A DNA stretch of 64,000 nucleotides from Squalus acanthias (Eukaryota): the NCBI GenBank assembly GCA_030390025.1, contig CM059432.1, positions 137,642,001 through 137,706,000 of the forward strand, written 5' to 3'. Below are positions 1 to 13,141 of this stretch, piece by piece. Position numbers and translations under genes: made by a program. The notes under the pieces were generated by a model. It ran no database searches and had not been told where the DNA came from. It worked only from the letters and a program-made list of their open reading frames with translations. Each line of letters starts with the position of its first letter. The first letter of the stretch is position 1.

Positions 1-1138
1 ATAAAATCAATACTTCTTAAGCTGCCTATATGATAGCATATAAACTAGTTTTAAAATGCTAAACTGTGATTTAGACTGTATGAAATTAGTGGGAGTACTA
101 CCCCTGGTGATATGGGCTGTGCAGATGCTGATAAGAAAATTAACAGGAGTAAATTTTATAGTTAACCTTGAAGGTTGTGTCTTTTTACCTGTAAATGGAC
201 AAAACAGAACTGTACTTGATCAGAAGCTGATGCATCATTTTAGTGACACTTGATATGTGTTAGACCGTTTGAGCTTAAAACTCTTTCATTAAGTTGGACA
301 CAAGTGTACTGATGCAACTAAAATGAATCTCTCTAAATTCAATGTACCTTTGAAGCTGTTTTGAGAGTCATTGGCTCGTTGTGTGTAAAGACTAATTCAC
401 TGGAAACATTAACGGGACAATTTTAGTATGTTTTTCTTCAATTGGCAAATTAAACTAAAATTCTGAATGTGCACACTTCTTTATGTTGAAATGACCATGT
501 TCATTAACAAGCTAGCACAGCATTCGTCAGGGAACAGGGAATGAAGCAAATCTGAGTCCTGCTCTCCTCAGTTCCTTAGCCTCTTTTCAGAGGGTGGTGC
601 TATGTGGAAACATCTCCCAGTAGGGGGAAAGGACAATCACACCCTTTCCAGATGGTCCCTCGAGCTGGTTCTGGGGTGACCCGAGGATAGGCTATGCTCC
701 AGCTATCTCAGCAGCAGAGATGTCAGGTTAGGTGGATGAAAGCGGGAATACAATTATAAAAAAATTGTTAAATGCCCTCACCATGAGAAAAGAAAGTTTA
801 AAAAAAACACACACACTGGAAACTGAGGGCTGTGGATAAGAACACGCAACCAACTCAACCTCGTGTTTTATCACCTCTGTTGGGTTGAAAGTCCTTTGTT
901 TGCCAATTGGGGGGTGGTGGTCTCAATCTAATTTCCAGTGGATGCAAGTCCACAGGACAAAACTATGTTCAAACTAACTGGCAATGTCACTCAAAAAGGG
1001 TACAATGATAACCACCTACTGCAGTATGCCAGTGTACTTCCTGACATCAGTGTTAAGGGGAAGTGGGGAGGAAATATACCCCTCATCTAACCCGTGTTGT
1101 ATTTGACTTATAGAATTACTGGGCACAGACATCGATAC

Positions 1139-4100
1139 GAGCAGCGGCTCAAAGAGCACCGAGAGCGGGAGCAGCGGCATAAAGAGCGCCGAGAGCGGGA
1201 GCAGCGGTATAAAGAGCGCCGAGAGCGGGAGCAGCGGTATAAAGAGCGCCGAGAGCAGGAGCAGCGGTATAAAGAGCGCCGAGAGCGGGAACAGCGGTAT
1301 AAAGAGCGCCGAGAGCAGGAGCAGCGGTATAAAGAGCGCCGAGAGCGGGAGCAGCGGTATAAAGAGCGCCGAGAGCGGGAGCAGCAGTATAAAGAGCGCC
1401 GAGAGTGGGAGCAGCGGTATAAAGAGCGCCGAGAGTGGGAGCAGTGGTAAAAAGAGCGCCGAGAGCGGGAGCAGCGGTATAAAGAGCGCTGAGAGCAGGA
1501 GCAGCGGCACAAAGAGCGCCGAGAGCGGGAGCAGTGGTACAAAGAGCGCCGAGAGCGGGAGCAGCGGTATAAAGAGCGCCGAGAGTGGGAGCAGTGGTAT
1601 AAAGAGCGCTGAGAGCGGGAGCAGCAGTATAAAGAGCGCCGAGAGCGGGAGCAGTGGTATAAAGAGTGCTGAGAGCGGGAGCAGTGGTATAAAGAGCGCT
1701 GAGAGCGGGAGCAGCAGTATAAAGAGCGCCGAGAGCGGGAGCAGTGGTATAAAGAGCGCTGAGAGCAGGAGCATCGGCTCAAAGAGCGCCGAGAGTGGGA
1801 GCAGCGGCTCAAAGAGCGCCGAGAGCGGGAGCAGCGGTATAAAGAGCGCCGAGAGCAGGAGCAGCGGCTCAAAGAGCGCCGAGAGTGGGAGCAGCGGTAT
1901 AAAGAGCGCCGAGAGCAGGAGCAGCGGTATAAAGAGCGCCGAGAGCAGGAGCAGCGGTATAAAGAGCGCCGAGAGCAGGAGCAGCGGTATAAAGAGCGCC
2001 GAGAGCAGGAGCAGCGGTATAAAGAGCGCCGAGAGCAGGAGCAGCGGTATAAAGAGCGCCGAGAGCAGGAGCAGCGGTATAAAGAGCGCCGAGAGCAGGA
2101 GCAGCGGAATAAAGAGCGCCGAGAGTGGGAGCAGTGGTATAAAGAGCGCCGAGAGTGGGAGCAGCGGTACAAAGAGCGCCGAGACCGGGAGCAGCGGTAT
2201 AAAGAGCGCCGAGAGCGGGAGCAGCGGTATAAAGAGCGCCGAGAGCAGGAGCAGCGGTATAAAGAGCGCCGAGAGCAGGAGCAGCGGTATAAAGAGCGCC
2301 GAGAGCAGGAGCAGCGGTATAAAGAGTGCCGAGAGCAGGAGCAGCGGTATAAAGAGCGCCGAGAGCAGGAGCAGCGGTATAAAGAGCGCCGAGAGCAGGA
2401 GCAGCGGAATAAAGAGCGCCGAGAGTGGGAGCAGTGGTATAAAGAGCGCCGAGAGTGGGAGCAGCGGTACAAAGAGCGCCGAGACCGGGAGCAGCGGTAT
2501 AAAGAGCGCCGAGAGCGGGAGCAGCGGTATAAAGAGCGCCGAGAGCAGGAGCAGCGGTATAAAGAGCGCCGAGAGCAGGAGCAGCGGTATAAAGAGCGCC
2601 GAGAGCAGGAGCAGCGGTATAAAGAGCGCCGAGAGCGGGAGCAGCGGAATAAAGAGCGCCGAGAGTGGGAGCAGCGGAATAAAGAGCGCCGAGAGTGGGA
2701 GCAGCGGCACAAAGAGCGCCGAGAGCGGGAGCAGCGGTATAAAGAGCGCCGAGAGCGGGAGCAGCGGCACAAAGAGCGCCGAGAACGGGAGCAGCGGTAT
2801 AAAGAGCGCCGAGAGTGTGAGCAGCGGAATAAAGAGCGCCGAGAGTGGGAGCAGCGGCACAAAGAGCGCCGAGAGTGGGAGCAGCGGCACAAAGAGCGCC
2901 GAGAGCGGGGGCAGTGGTATAAAGAGCGCCGAGAGAGGGAGCAGCGGTACAAAGAGCGCCGAGAGTGGGAGCAGCGGTATAAAGAGCGCCGAGAGCGGGA
3001 GCAGCGGTATAAAGAGCGCCGAGAGCAGGAGCAGCGGCACAAAGAGCGCCGAGAGCGGGAGCAGCGGTATAAAGAGCGCCGAGAGCAGGAGCAGCGGCAC
3101 AAAGAGCGCCGAGAGCGGGAGCAGCGGTATAAAGAGCGCCGAGAGCAGGAGCAGTGGTATAAAGAGCGCCGAGAGCGGGAGCAGCAGCACAAAGAGCGCC
3201 GAGAGCAGGAGCAGCGGTATAAAGAGCGCCGAGAGCAGGAGCAGCGGTATAAAGAGCGCCGAGAGCAGGAGCAGCGGTATAAAGAGCGCCGAGAGCGGGA
3301 GCAGCGGAATAAAGAGCGCCGAGAGTGGGAGCAGCGGAATAAAGAGCGCCGAGAGTGGGAGCAGCGGCACAAAGAGCGCCGAGAGCGGGAGCAGCGGTAT
3401 AAAGAGCGCCGAGAGCGGGAGCAGCGGCACAAAGAGCGCCGAGAACGGGAGCAGCGGTATAAAGAGCGCCGAGAGTGTGAGCAGCGGAATAAAGAGCGCC
3501 GAGAGTGGGAGCAGCGGCACAAAGAGCGCCGAGAGTGGGAGCAGCGGCACAAAGAGCGCCGAGAGCGGGGGCAGTGGTATAAAGAGCGCCGAGAGAGGGA
3601 GCAGCGGTACAAAGAGCGCCGAGAGTGGGAGCAGCGGTATAAAGAGCGCCGAGAGAGGGAGCAGCGGTATAAAGAGCGCCGAGAGCAGGAGCAGCAGCAC
3701 AAAGAGCGCCGAGAGCAGGAGCAGCAGCAGAAAGAGCGCCGAGAGTGAGAGCAGCGGCACAAAGAGCGCCGAGAGCGGGAGCAGCGGTATAAAGAGCGCC
3801 GAGAGCGGGAGCAGCGGTATAAAGAGTGCCGAGAGCGGGGGCAGCGGTATAAAGAGCGCCGCGAGCAGGAGCAGCGGTATAAAGAGCGCCGAGAGCGGGA
3901 GCAGCGGTATAAAGAGCGCCGAGAGCGGGAGCAGCGGTATAAAGAGCGCCGAGAGCGGGAGCAGCGGAATAAAGAGCGCCGAGAGTGGGAGCAGCGGCAC
4001 AAAGAGCGCCGAGAGCGGGAGCAGCGGCTCAAAGAGCGCCGAGAGCGGGAGCAGCGGTATAAAGAGCGCCGAGAGCAGGAGCAGCGGTATAAAGAGCGCC

Positions 4101-7100
4101 GAGAGCAGGAGCAGCGGTATAAAGAGCGCCGAGAGTGGGAGCAGTGGTATAAAGAGCGCCGAGAGCGGGAGCAGCGGTATAAAGAGCGCCGAGAGCGGGA
4201 GCAGCGGTATAAAGAGCGCCGAGAGCAGGAGCAGCGGTATAAAGAGCGCCGAGAGCGGGAGCAGCGGTACAAAGAGCGTCGAGAGCGGGGGCAGCGGTAC
4301 AAAGAGCACCGAGAGCGGGAGCAGCAGCACAAAGAGCGCCGAGAGCGGGAGCAGCAGCACAAAGACCGCCGAGAGCAGGAGCAGCGGTATAAAGAGCGCC
4401 GAGAGCGGGAGCAGCAGCACAAAGAGCGCCGAGAGCGGGAGCAGCGGTATAAAGAGCGCCGAGAGCGGGAGCAGCAGCACAAAGAGCGCCAAGAGTGGGA
4501 GCAGCGGTATAAAGAGCGCCGAGAGTGGGAGCAGCGGTATAAAGAGCGCCGAGAGCGGGAGCAGCGGTATAAAGAGCGCCGAGAGTGGGAGCAGCGGTAT
4601 AAAGAGCGCCGAGAGCGGGAGCAGCGGTACAAAGAGCGCCGAGAGCGGGGGCAGCGGTACAAAGAGCACCGAGAGCGGGAGCAGCTGCACAAAGAGCGCC
4701 GAGAGCGGGAGCAGCGGTACAAAGAGCGCCGAGAGCGGGGGCAGCGGTACAAAGAGCACCGAGAGCGGGAGCAGCAGCACAAAGAGCGCCGAGAGCGGGA
4801 GCAGCGGTATAAAGAGCACCGAGAGCGCGAGCAGCAGCACAAAGAGCGCCGAGAGCGGGAGCAGCGGTACAAAGAGCACCGAGAGCAGGAGCAGCAGCAC
4901 AAAGAGCGCCAAGAGTGGGAGCAGCGGTATAAAGAGCGCCAAGAGTGGGAGCAGTGGTATAAAGAGCGCCGAGAGCGGGAACAGCGGCACAAAGGGCACC
5001 GAGAGTGGGAGCAGCGGTATAAAGAGCGCCGAGAGCGGGAACAGCGGCACAAAGGGCACCGAGAGTGGGAGCAGCGGGATAAAGAGCGCCGAGAGCGGGA
5101 GCAGCGATATAAAGAGCGCCGAGAGTGGGAGCAGTGGTATAAAGAGCGCCGAGAGCGGGAGCAACGATATAAAGAGCGCCGAGAGTGGGAGCAGTGGTAT
5201 AAAGAGCGCCGAGAGCGGGAGCAGCGGTATAAAGAGCGCCGAGAGTGGGAGCAGCGGTATAAAGAGCGCCGAGAGCGGGAGCAGCGGCTCAAAGAGCGCC
5301 GAGAGCGGGAGCAGTGGTATAAAGAGCACCGAGAGTGGGAGCAGGAGCAGCGGTATAAAGAGCGCCGAGAGCAGGAGCAGCGGTATAAAGAGCGCCGAGA
5401 GTGGGAGCAGCGGCACAAAGAGCGCCGAGAGTGGGAGCAGCGATATAAAGAGCGCCGAGAGCGGGAGCAGCGGTATAAAGAGCGCCGAGAGTGGGAGCAG
5501 CGGTATAAAGAGCGCCGAGAGCGGGAGCAGCGGCTCAAAGAGCGCCGAGAGCGGGAGCAGTGATATAAAGAGCACCGAGAGTAGGAGCAGGAGCAGCGGT
5601 ATAAAGAGCGCCGAGAGTGGGAGCAGCGGCACAAAGAGCGCCGAGAGTGGGAGCAGCGGTATAAAGAGCGCCGAGAGTGGGAGCAGCGGCACAAAGAGCG
5701 CCGAGAGTGGGAGCAGCGGTATAAAGAGCGCCGAGAGCAGGAGCAGCAGCACAAAGAGCGCCAAGAGCGGGAGCAGCGGTATAAAGAGCGCCGAGAGTGG
5801 GAGCAGCGGTATAAAGAGCGCCGAGAGCGGGAGCAGCGGCTCAAAGAGCGCCGAGAGCGGGAGCAGTGATATAAAGAGCACCGAGAGTGGGAGCAGGAGC
5901 AGCGGTATAAAGAGCGCCGAGAGCAGGAGCAGCGGTATAAAGAGCGCCGAGAGTGGGAGCAGCGGCACAAAGAGCGCCGAGAGTGGGAGCAGCGATATAA
6001 AGAGCGCCGAGAGCGGGAGCAGCGGTATAAAGAGCGCCGAGAGTGGGAGCAGCGGTATAAAGAGCGCCGAGAGCGGGAGCAGTGGCTCAAAGAGCGCCGA
6101 GAGCGGGAGCAGTGATATAAAGAGCGCCGAGAGTGGGAGCAGCGGCACAAAGAGCGCCGAGAGTGGGAGCAGCGGTATAAAGAGCGCCGAGAGTGGGAGC
6201 AGCGGCACAAAGAGCGCCGAGAGCGGGGGCAGTGGTATAAAGAGCGCCGAGAGTGGGAGCAGCGGCACAAAGAGCGCCGAGAGTGGGAGCAGCGGTATAA
6301 AGAGCGCCGAGAGTGGGAGCAGCGGCACAAAGAGCGCCGAGAGCGGGGGCAGTGGTATAAAGAGCGCCGAGAGCGGGAGCAGCGGTATAAAGAGCGCCGA
6401 GAGTGGGAGCAGTGGCACAAAGAGCGCCGAGAGTGGGAGCAGCGGTATAAAGAGCGCCGAGAGAGGGAGCAGCGGTATAAAGAGCGCCGAGAGCGGGAGC
6501 AGCAGCACAAAGAGCGCCGAGAGCGGGAGCAGCGGTATAAAGAGCCCCGAGAGCGGGAGCAGCGGTATAAAGAGCGCCGAGAGCGGGAGCAGCAGCACAA
6601 AGAGCGCCGAGAGCAGGAGCAGCGGTATAAAGAGCCCCGAGAGCGGGAGCAGCGGTATAAAGAGCCCCGAGAGCGGGAGCAGCGGTATAAAGAGCGCCGA
6701 GAGCGGGAGCAGCGGTATAAAGAGTGCCGAGAGCGGGGGCAGCGGTATAAAGAGCGCCGAGAGCGGGAGCAGCAGCACAAAGAGCGCCGAGAGCAGGAGC
6801 AGCGGTATAAAGAGCCCCGAGAGCGGGAGCAGCGGTATAAAGAGCGCCGAGAGCGGGAGCAGCGGTATAAAGAGCGCCGAGAGCGGGAGCAGCAGCACAA
6901 AGAGCGCCGAGAGCAGGAGCAGCGGTATAAAGAGTGCCGAGAGCGGGGGCAGCGGTATAAAGAGCGCCGAGAGCGGGAGCAGCAGCACAAAGAGCGCCGA
7001 GAGCGGGAGCAGCGGTATAAAGAGCGCCGAGAGCAGGAGCAGCGGTATAAAGAGCCCCGAGAGCGGGAGCAGTGGTACAAAGAGCGCCGAGAGCGGGAGC

Positions 7101-10100
7101 AGCGGTATAAAGAGCGCCGAGAGTGGGAGCAGTGGTATAAAGAGCGCTGAGAGCGGGAGCAGCAGTATAAAGAGCGCCGAGAGCGGGAGCAGTGGTATAA
7201 AGAGTGCTGAGAGCGGGAGCAGTGGTATAAAGAGCGCTGAGAGCGGGAGCAGCAGTATAAAGAGCGCCGAGAGCGGGAGCAGTGGTATAAAGAGCGCTGA
7301 GAGCAGGAGCATCGGCTCAAAGAGCGCCGAGAGTGGGAGCAGCGGCTCAAAGAGCGCCGAGAGCGGGAGCAGCGGTATAAAGAGCGCCGAGAGCAGGAGC
7401 AGCGGCTCAAAGAGCGCCGAGAGTGGGAGCAGCGGTATAAAGAGCGGCGAGAGCAGGAGCAGCGGTATAAAGAGCGCCGAGAGTGGGAGCAGCGGTATAA
7501 AGAGCGCCGAGAGCAGGAGCAGCGGTATAAAGAGCGCCGAGAGCAGGAGCAGCGGTATAAAGAGCGCCGAGAGCAGGAGCAGCGGTATAAAGAGCGCCGA
7601 GAGCGGGAGCAGCGGAATAAAGAGCGCCGAGAGTGGGAGCAGCGGTATAAAGAGCGCCGAGAGTGGGAGCAGCGGTACAAAGAGCGCCGAGACCGGGAGC
7701 AGCGGTATAAAGAGCGCCGAGAGCGGGAGCAGCGGTATAAAGAGCGCCGAGAGCAGGAGCAGCGGTATAAAGAGCGCCGAGAGCAGGAGCAGCGGTATAA
7801 AGAGCGCCGAGAGCGGGAGCAGCGGAATAAAGAGCGCCGAGAGTGGGAGCAGCGGAATAAAGAGCGCCGAGAGTGGGAGCAGCGGCACAAAGAGCGCCGA
7901 GAGCGGGAGCAGCGGTATAAAGAGCGCCGAGAGCGGGAGCAGCGGCACAAAGAGCGCCGAGAACGGGAGCAGCGGTATAAAGAGCGCCGAGAGTGTGAGC
8001 AGCGGAATAAAGAGCGCCGAGAGTGGGAGCAGCGGCACAAAGAGCGCCGAGAGTGGGAGCAGCGGCACAAAGAGCGCCGAGAGCGGGGGCAGTGGTATAA
8101 AGAGCGCCGAGAGAGGGAGCAGCGGTACAAAGAGCGCCGAGAGTGGGAGCAGCGGTATAAAGAGCGCCGAGAGAGGGAGCAGCGGTATAAAGAGCGCCGA
8201 GAGCAGGAGCAGCAGCACAAAGAGCGCCGAGAGCAGGAGCAGCAGCAGAAAGAGCGCCGAGAGCGGGAGCAGCGGTATAAAGAGCGCCGAGAGCGGGAGC
8301 AGCGGTATAAAGAGCGCCGAGAGTGGGAGCAGCGGCACAAAGAGCGCCGAGAGCGGGAGCAGCGGTATAAAGAGCGCCGAGAGTGAGAGCAGCGGCACAA
8401 AGAGCGCCGAGAGCGGGAGCAGCGGTATAAAGAGCGCCGAGAGCGGGAGCAGCGGTATAAAGAGTGCCGAGAGCGGGGGCAGCGGTATAAAGAGCGCCGC
8501 GAGCAGGAGCAGCGGTATAAAGAGCGCCGAGAGCGGGAGCAGCGGTATAAAGAGCGCCGAGAGCGGGAGCAGCGGTATAAAGAGCGCCGAGAGCGGGAGC
8601 AGCGGTATAAAGAGCGCCGAGAGTGGGAGCAGCGGCACAAAGAGCGCCGAGAGCGGGAGCAGCGGCTCAAAGAGCGCCGAGAGCGGGAGCAGCGGTATAA
8701 AGAGCGCCGAGAGCAGGAGCAGCGGTATAAAGAGCGCCGAGAGCAGGAGCAGCGGTATAAAGAGCGCCGAGAGTGGGAGCAGTGGTATAAAGAGCGCCGA
8801 GAGCGGGAGCAGCGGTATAAAGAGCGCCGAGAGCGGGAGCAGCGGTATAAAGAGCGCCGAGAGCAGGAGCAGCGGTATAAAGAGCGCCGAGAGCGGGAGC
8901 AGCGGTACAAAGAGCGTCGAGAGCGGGGGCAGCGGTACAAAGAGCACCGAGAGCGGGAGCAGCAGCACAAAGAGCGCCGAGAGCGGGAGCAGCAGCACAA
9001 AGACCGCCGAGAGCAGGAGCAGCGGTATAAAGAGCGCCGAGAGCGGGAGCAGCAGCACAAAGAGCGCCGAGAGCGGGAGCAGCGGTATAAAGAGCGCCGA
9101 GAGCGGGAGCAGCAGCACAAAGAGCGCCCAGAGTGGGAGCAGCGGTATAAAGAGCGCCGAGAGTGGGAGCAGCGGTATAAAGAGCGCCGAGAGCGGGAGC
9201 AGCGGTATAAAGAGCGCCGAGAGTGGGAGCAGCGGTATAAAGAGCGCCGAGAGCGGGAGCAGCGGTACAAAGAGCGCCGAGAGCGGGGGCAGCGGTACAA
9301 AGAGCACCGAGAGCGGGAGCAGCGGCACAAAGAGCGCCGAGAGCGGGAGCAGCGGTACAAAGAGCGCCGAGAGCGGGGGCAGCGGTACAAAGAGCACCGA
9401 GAGCGGGAGCAGCAGCACAAAGAGCGCCGAGAGCGGGAGCAGCGGTATAAAGAGCACCGAGAGCGCGAGCAGCAGCACAAAGAGCGCCGAGAGCGGGAGC
9501 AGCGGTACAAAGAGCACCGAGAGCAGGAGCAGCAGCACAAAGAGCGCCAAGAGTGGGAGCAGCGGTATAAAGAGCGCCAAGAGTGGGAGCAGTGGTATAA
9601 AGAGCGCCGAGAGCGGGAACAGCGGCACAAAGGGCACCGAGAGTGGGAGCAGCGGTATAAAGAGCGCCGAGAGCGGGAACAGCGGCACAAAGGGCACCGA
9701 GAGTGGGAGCAGCGGGATAAAGAGCGCCGAGAGCGGGAGCAGCGATATAAAGAGCGCCGAGAGTGGGAGCAGTGGTATAAAGAGCGCCGAGAGCGGGAGC
9801 AACGATATAAAGAGCGCCGAGAGTGGGAGCAGTGGTATAAAGAGCGCCGAGAGCGGGAGCAGCGGTATAAAGAGCGCCGAGAGTGGGAGCAGCGGTATAA
9901 AGAGCGCCGAGAGCGGGAGCAGCGGCTCAAAGAGCACCGAGAGTAGGAGCAGGAGCAGCGGTATAAAGAGCGCCGAGAGTGGGAGCAGCGGCACAAAGAG
10001 CGCCGAGAGTGGGAGCAGCGGTATAAAGAGCGCCGAGAGTGGGAGCAGCGGCACAAAGAGCGCCGAGAGCGGGAGCAGTGGCTCAAAGAGCGCCGAGAGC

Positions 10101-12913
10101 GGGAGCAGTGGTATAAAGAGCGCCGAGAGTGGGAGCAGCGGTATAAAGAGCGCCGAGAGCAGGAGCAGCAGCACAAAGAGCGCCAAGAGCGGGAGCAGTG
10201 ATATAAAGAGCGCCGAGAGCGGGAGCAGCGGTATAAAGAGCGCCGAGAGTGGGAGCAGCGGTATAAAGAGCGCCGAGAGCGGGAGCAGCGGCTCAAAGAG
10301 CGCCGAGAGCGGGAGCAGTGATATAAAGAGCACCGAGAGTGGGAGCAGGAGCAGCGGTATAAAGAGCGCCGAGAGCAGGAGCAGCGGTATAAAGAGCGCC
10401 GAGAGTGGGAGCAGCGGCACAAAGAGCGTCGAGAGTGGGAGCAGCGATATAAAGAGCGCCGAGAGCGGGAGCAGCGGTATAAAGAGCGCCGAGAGTGGGA
10501 GCAGCGGTATAAAGAGCGCCGAGAGCGGGAGCAGTGGCTCAAAGAGCGCCGAGAGCGGGAGCAGTGATATAAAGAGCACCGAGAGTAGGAGCAGGAGCAG
10601 CGGTATAAAGAGCGCCGAGAGTGGGAGCAGCGGCACAAAGAGCGCCGAGAGTGGGAGCAGCGGTATAAAGAGCGCCGAGAGTGGGAGCAGCGGCACAAAG
10701 AGCGCCGAGAGCGGGGGCAGTGGTATAAAGAGCGCCGAGAGCGGGAGCAGCGGTATAAAGAGCGCCGAGAGTGGGAGCAGTGGCACAAAGAGCGCCGAGA
10801 GTGGGAGCAGCGGTATAAAGAGCGCCGAGAGAGGGAGCAGCGGTATAAAGAGCGCCGAGAGCGGGAGCAGCAGCACAAAGAGCGCCGAGAGCGGGAGCAG
10901 CGGTATAAAGAGCCCCGAGAGCGGGAGCAGCGGTATAAAGAGCGCCGAGAGCGGGAGCAGCAGCACAAAGAGCGCCGAGAGCGGGAGCAGCGGTATAAAG
11001 AGTGCCGAGAGCGGGGGCAGCGGTATAAAGAGCGCCGAGAGCGGGAGCAGCAGCACAAAGAGCGCCGAGAGCAGGAGCAGCGGTATAAAGAGCCCCGAGA
11101 GCGGGAGCAGCGGTATAAAGAGCGCCGAGAGCGGGAGCAGCGGTATAAAGAGCGCCGAGAGCGGGAGCAGCGGTATAAAGAGCCCCGAGAGCGGGAGCAG
11201 CGGTATAAAGAGCGCCGAGAGCAGGAGCAGCGGTATAAAGAGCCCCGAGAGCGGGAGCAGCGGTATAAAGAGCCCCGAGAGCGGGAGCAGCGGTATAAAG
11301 AGCGCCGAGAGCGGGAGCAGCGGTATAAAGAGTGCCGAGAGCGGGGGCAGCGGTATAAAGAGCGCCGAGAGCGGGAGCAGCAGCACAAAGAGCGCCGAGA
11401 GCAGGAGCAGCGGTATAAAGAGCCCCGAGAGCGGGAGCAGCGGTATAAAGAGCGCCGAGAGCGGGAGCAGCGGTATAAAGAGCGCCGAGAGCGGGAGCAG
11501 CGGTATAAAGAGCGCCGAGAGCGGGAGCAGCGGTATAAAGAGCGCCGAGAGCAGGAGCAGCGGTATAAAGAGCGCCGAGAGTGGGAGCAGCGGTATAAAG
11601 AGCGCCGAGAGCGGGAGCAGCGGTATAAAGAGCGCCGAGAGCAGGAGCAGCGGTATAAAGAGCGCCGAGAGTGGGAGCAGCGGCACAAAGAGCGCCGAGA
11701 GTGGGAGCAGCGGTATAAAGAGCGCCGAGAGTGGGAGCAGCGGCACAAAGAGCGCCGAGAGCGGGGGCAGTGGTATAAAGAGCGCCGAGAGCGGGAGCAG
11801 CGGTATAAAGAGCGCCGAGAGTGGGAGCAGTGGCACAAAGAGCGCCGAGAGTGGGAGCAGCGGTATAAAGAGCGCCGAGAGAGGGAGCAGCGGTATAAAG
11901 AGCGCCGAGAGCGGGAGCAGCAGCACAAAGAGCGCCGAGAGCGGGAGCAGCGGTATAAAGAGCCCCGAGAGCGGGAGCAGCGGTATAAAGAGCGCCGAGA
12001 GCGGGAGCAGCAGCACAAAGAGCGCCGAGAGCAGGAGCAGCGGTATAAAGAGCCCCGAGAGCGGGAGCAGCGGTATAAAGAGCCCCGAGAGCGGGAGCAG
12101 CGGTATAAAGAGCGCCGAGAGCGGGAGCAGCGGTATAAAGAGAGCCGAGAGCGGGGGCAGCGGTATAAAGAGCGCCGAGAGCGGGAGCAGCAGCACAAAG
12201 AGCGCCGAGAGCAGGAGCAGCGGTATAAAGAGCCCCGAGAGCGGGAGCAGCGGTATAAAGAGCGCCGAGAGCGGGAGCAGCGGTATAAAGAGCGCCGAGA
12301 GCGGGAGCAGCGATATAAAGAGCGCCGAGAGCGGGAGCAGCGGTATAAAGAGCGCCGAGAGCAGGAGCAGCGGTATAAAGAGCGCCGAGAGTGGGAGCAG
12401 CGGTATAAAGAGCGCCGAGAGCGGGAGCAGCGGTATAAAGAGCGCCGAGAGCAGGAGCAGCGGTATAAAGAGCGCCGAGAGCAGGAGCAGCGGTATAAAG
12501 AGCGCCGAGAGCGGGAGCAGCGGTATAAAGAGCGCCGAGAGTGGGAGCAGCGGTGTAAAGAGCGCCGAGAGTGGGAGCAGCGGTATAAAGAGCGCCGAGA
12601 GCGGGAGCAGCGGTATAAAGAGCGCCGAGAGCGGGAGCAGCGGTATAAAGAGCGCCGAGAGTGGGAGCAGCGGCTCAAAGAGCGCCGAGAGCGGGAGCAG
12701 CAGCACAAAGAGCGCCGAGAGCAGGAGCAGTGGTATAAAGAGCGCCGAGAGTGGGAGCAGCGGCTCAAAGAGCGCCGAGAGCAGGAGCAGCGACACAAAG
12801 AGCGCCGAGAGCGGGAGCAGCGGTATAAAGAGCGCCGAGAGTGGGAGCAGCGGTATAAAGAGCGCTGAGAGTGGGAGCAGCGGCACAAAGAGCGCCGAGA
12901 GCGGGAGCAGCAC
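1139..12913 (+). repeat. ~11.8-kb tandem array of a 30-bp unit (consensus GAGCAGCGGTATAAAGAGCGCCGAGAGCGG), ~390 copies, with higher-order duplications
   Basis: Period 30 is directly visible. Six 36-bp variant units carry an extra GAGCAG (near 5341, 5585, 5892, 9950, 10345, 10591). Rare variants recur in the same order in two large blocks. Confidence 0.99.
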
Positions 12914-13011
12914 CGGAAGGAGCGGACCTGGTGGGAGCACAGCGAGAGCGAGCAGTTAAAAGGAGCAGCCTCGAGCAGCAGCAACTCAACAGGAGGCACT
13001 TTTTGAAAAAG

Positions 13012-13040
13012 TGACGTCAGAGTAAAAAAAAGTGACGTCG
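13012..13040 (+). promoter_or_regulatory. Two CRE-like motifs (TGACGTCA, TGACGTCG) in the CR1 5' UTR
   Basis: Perfect palindromic TGACGTCA at 13012-13019 and a near-copy at 13033-13040, both preceded by AAAAAG. Function is inferred only. Confidence 0.4.
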
Positions 13041-13141
13041 GCACAAGGGAAAGAGATGATTCGTGAGTAGCTGGTGAGTGTATTTTTTTTTTAAAGTTTA
13101 TTTCTGCTGGGTTAGTTCTTAGCCTATTTTTAAATAGAAGC

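Noticed and set aside
1..1100. Next ZNF236 exon (ERPF..C..C KAFNQK) or a TSD for the array-CR1 unit
   Set aside because: I found no zinc-finger coding segment on the minus strand and no convincing direct repeat matching the flank at ~16827.
1139..12913. CRISPR array
   Set aside because: The units are head-to-tail with no unique spacers, there are no cas genes, and the context is eukaryotic.
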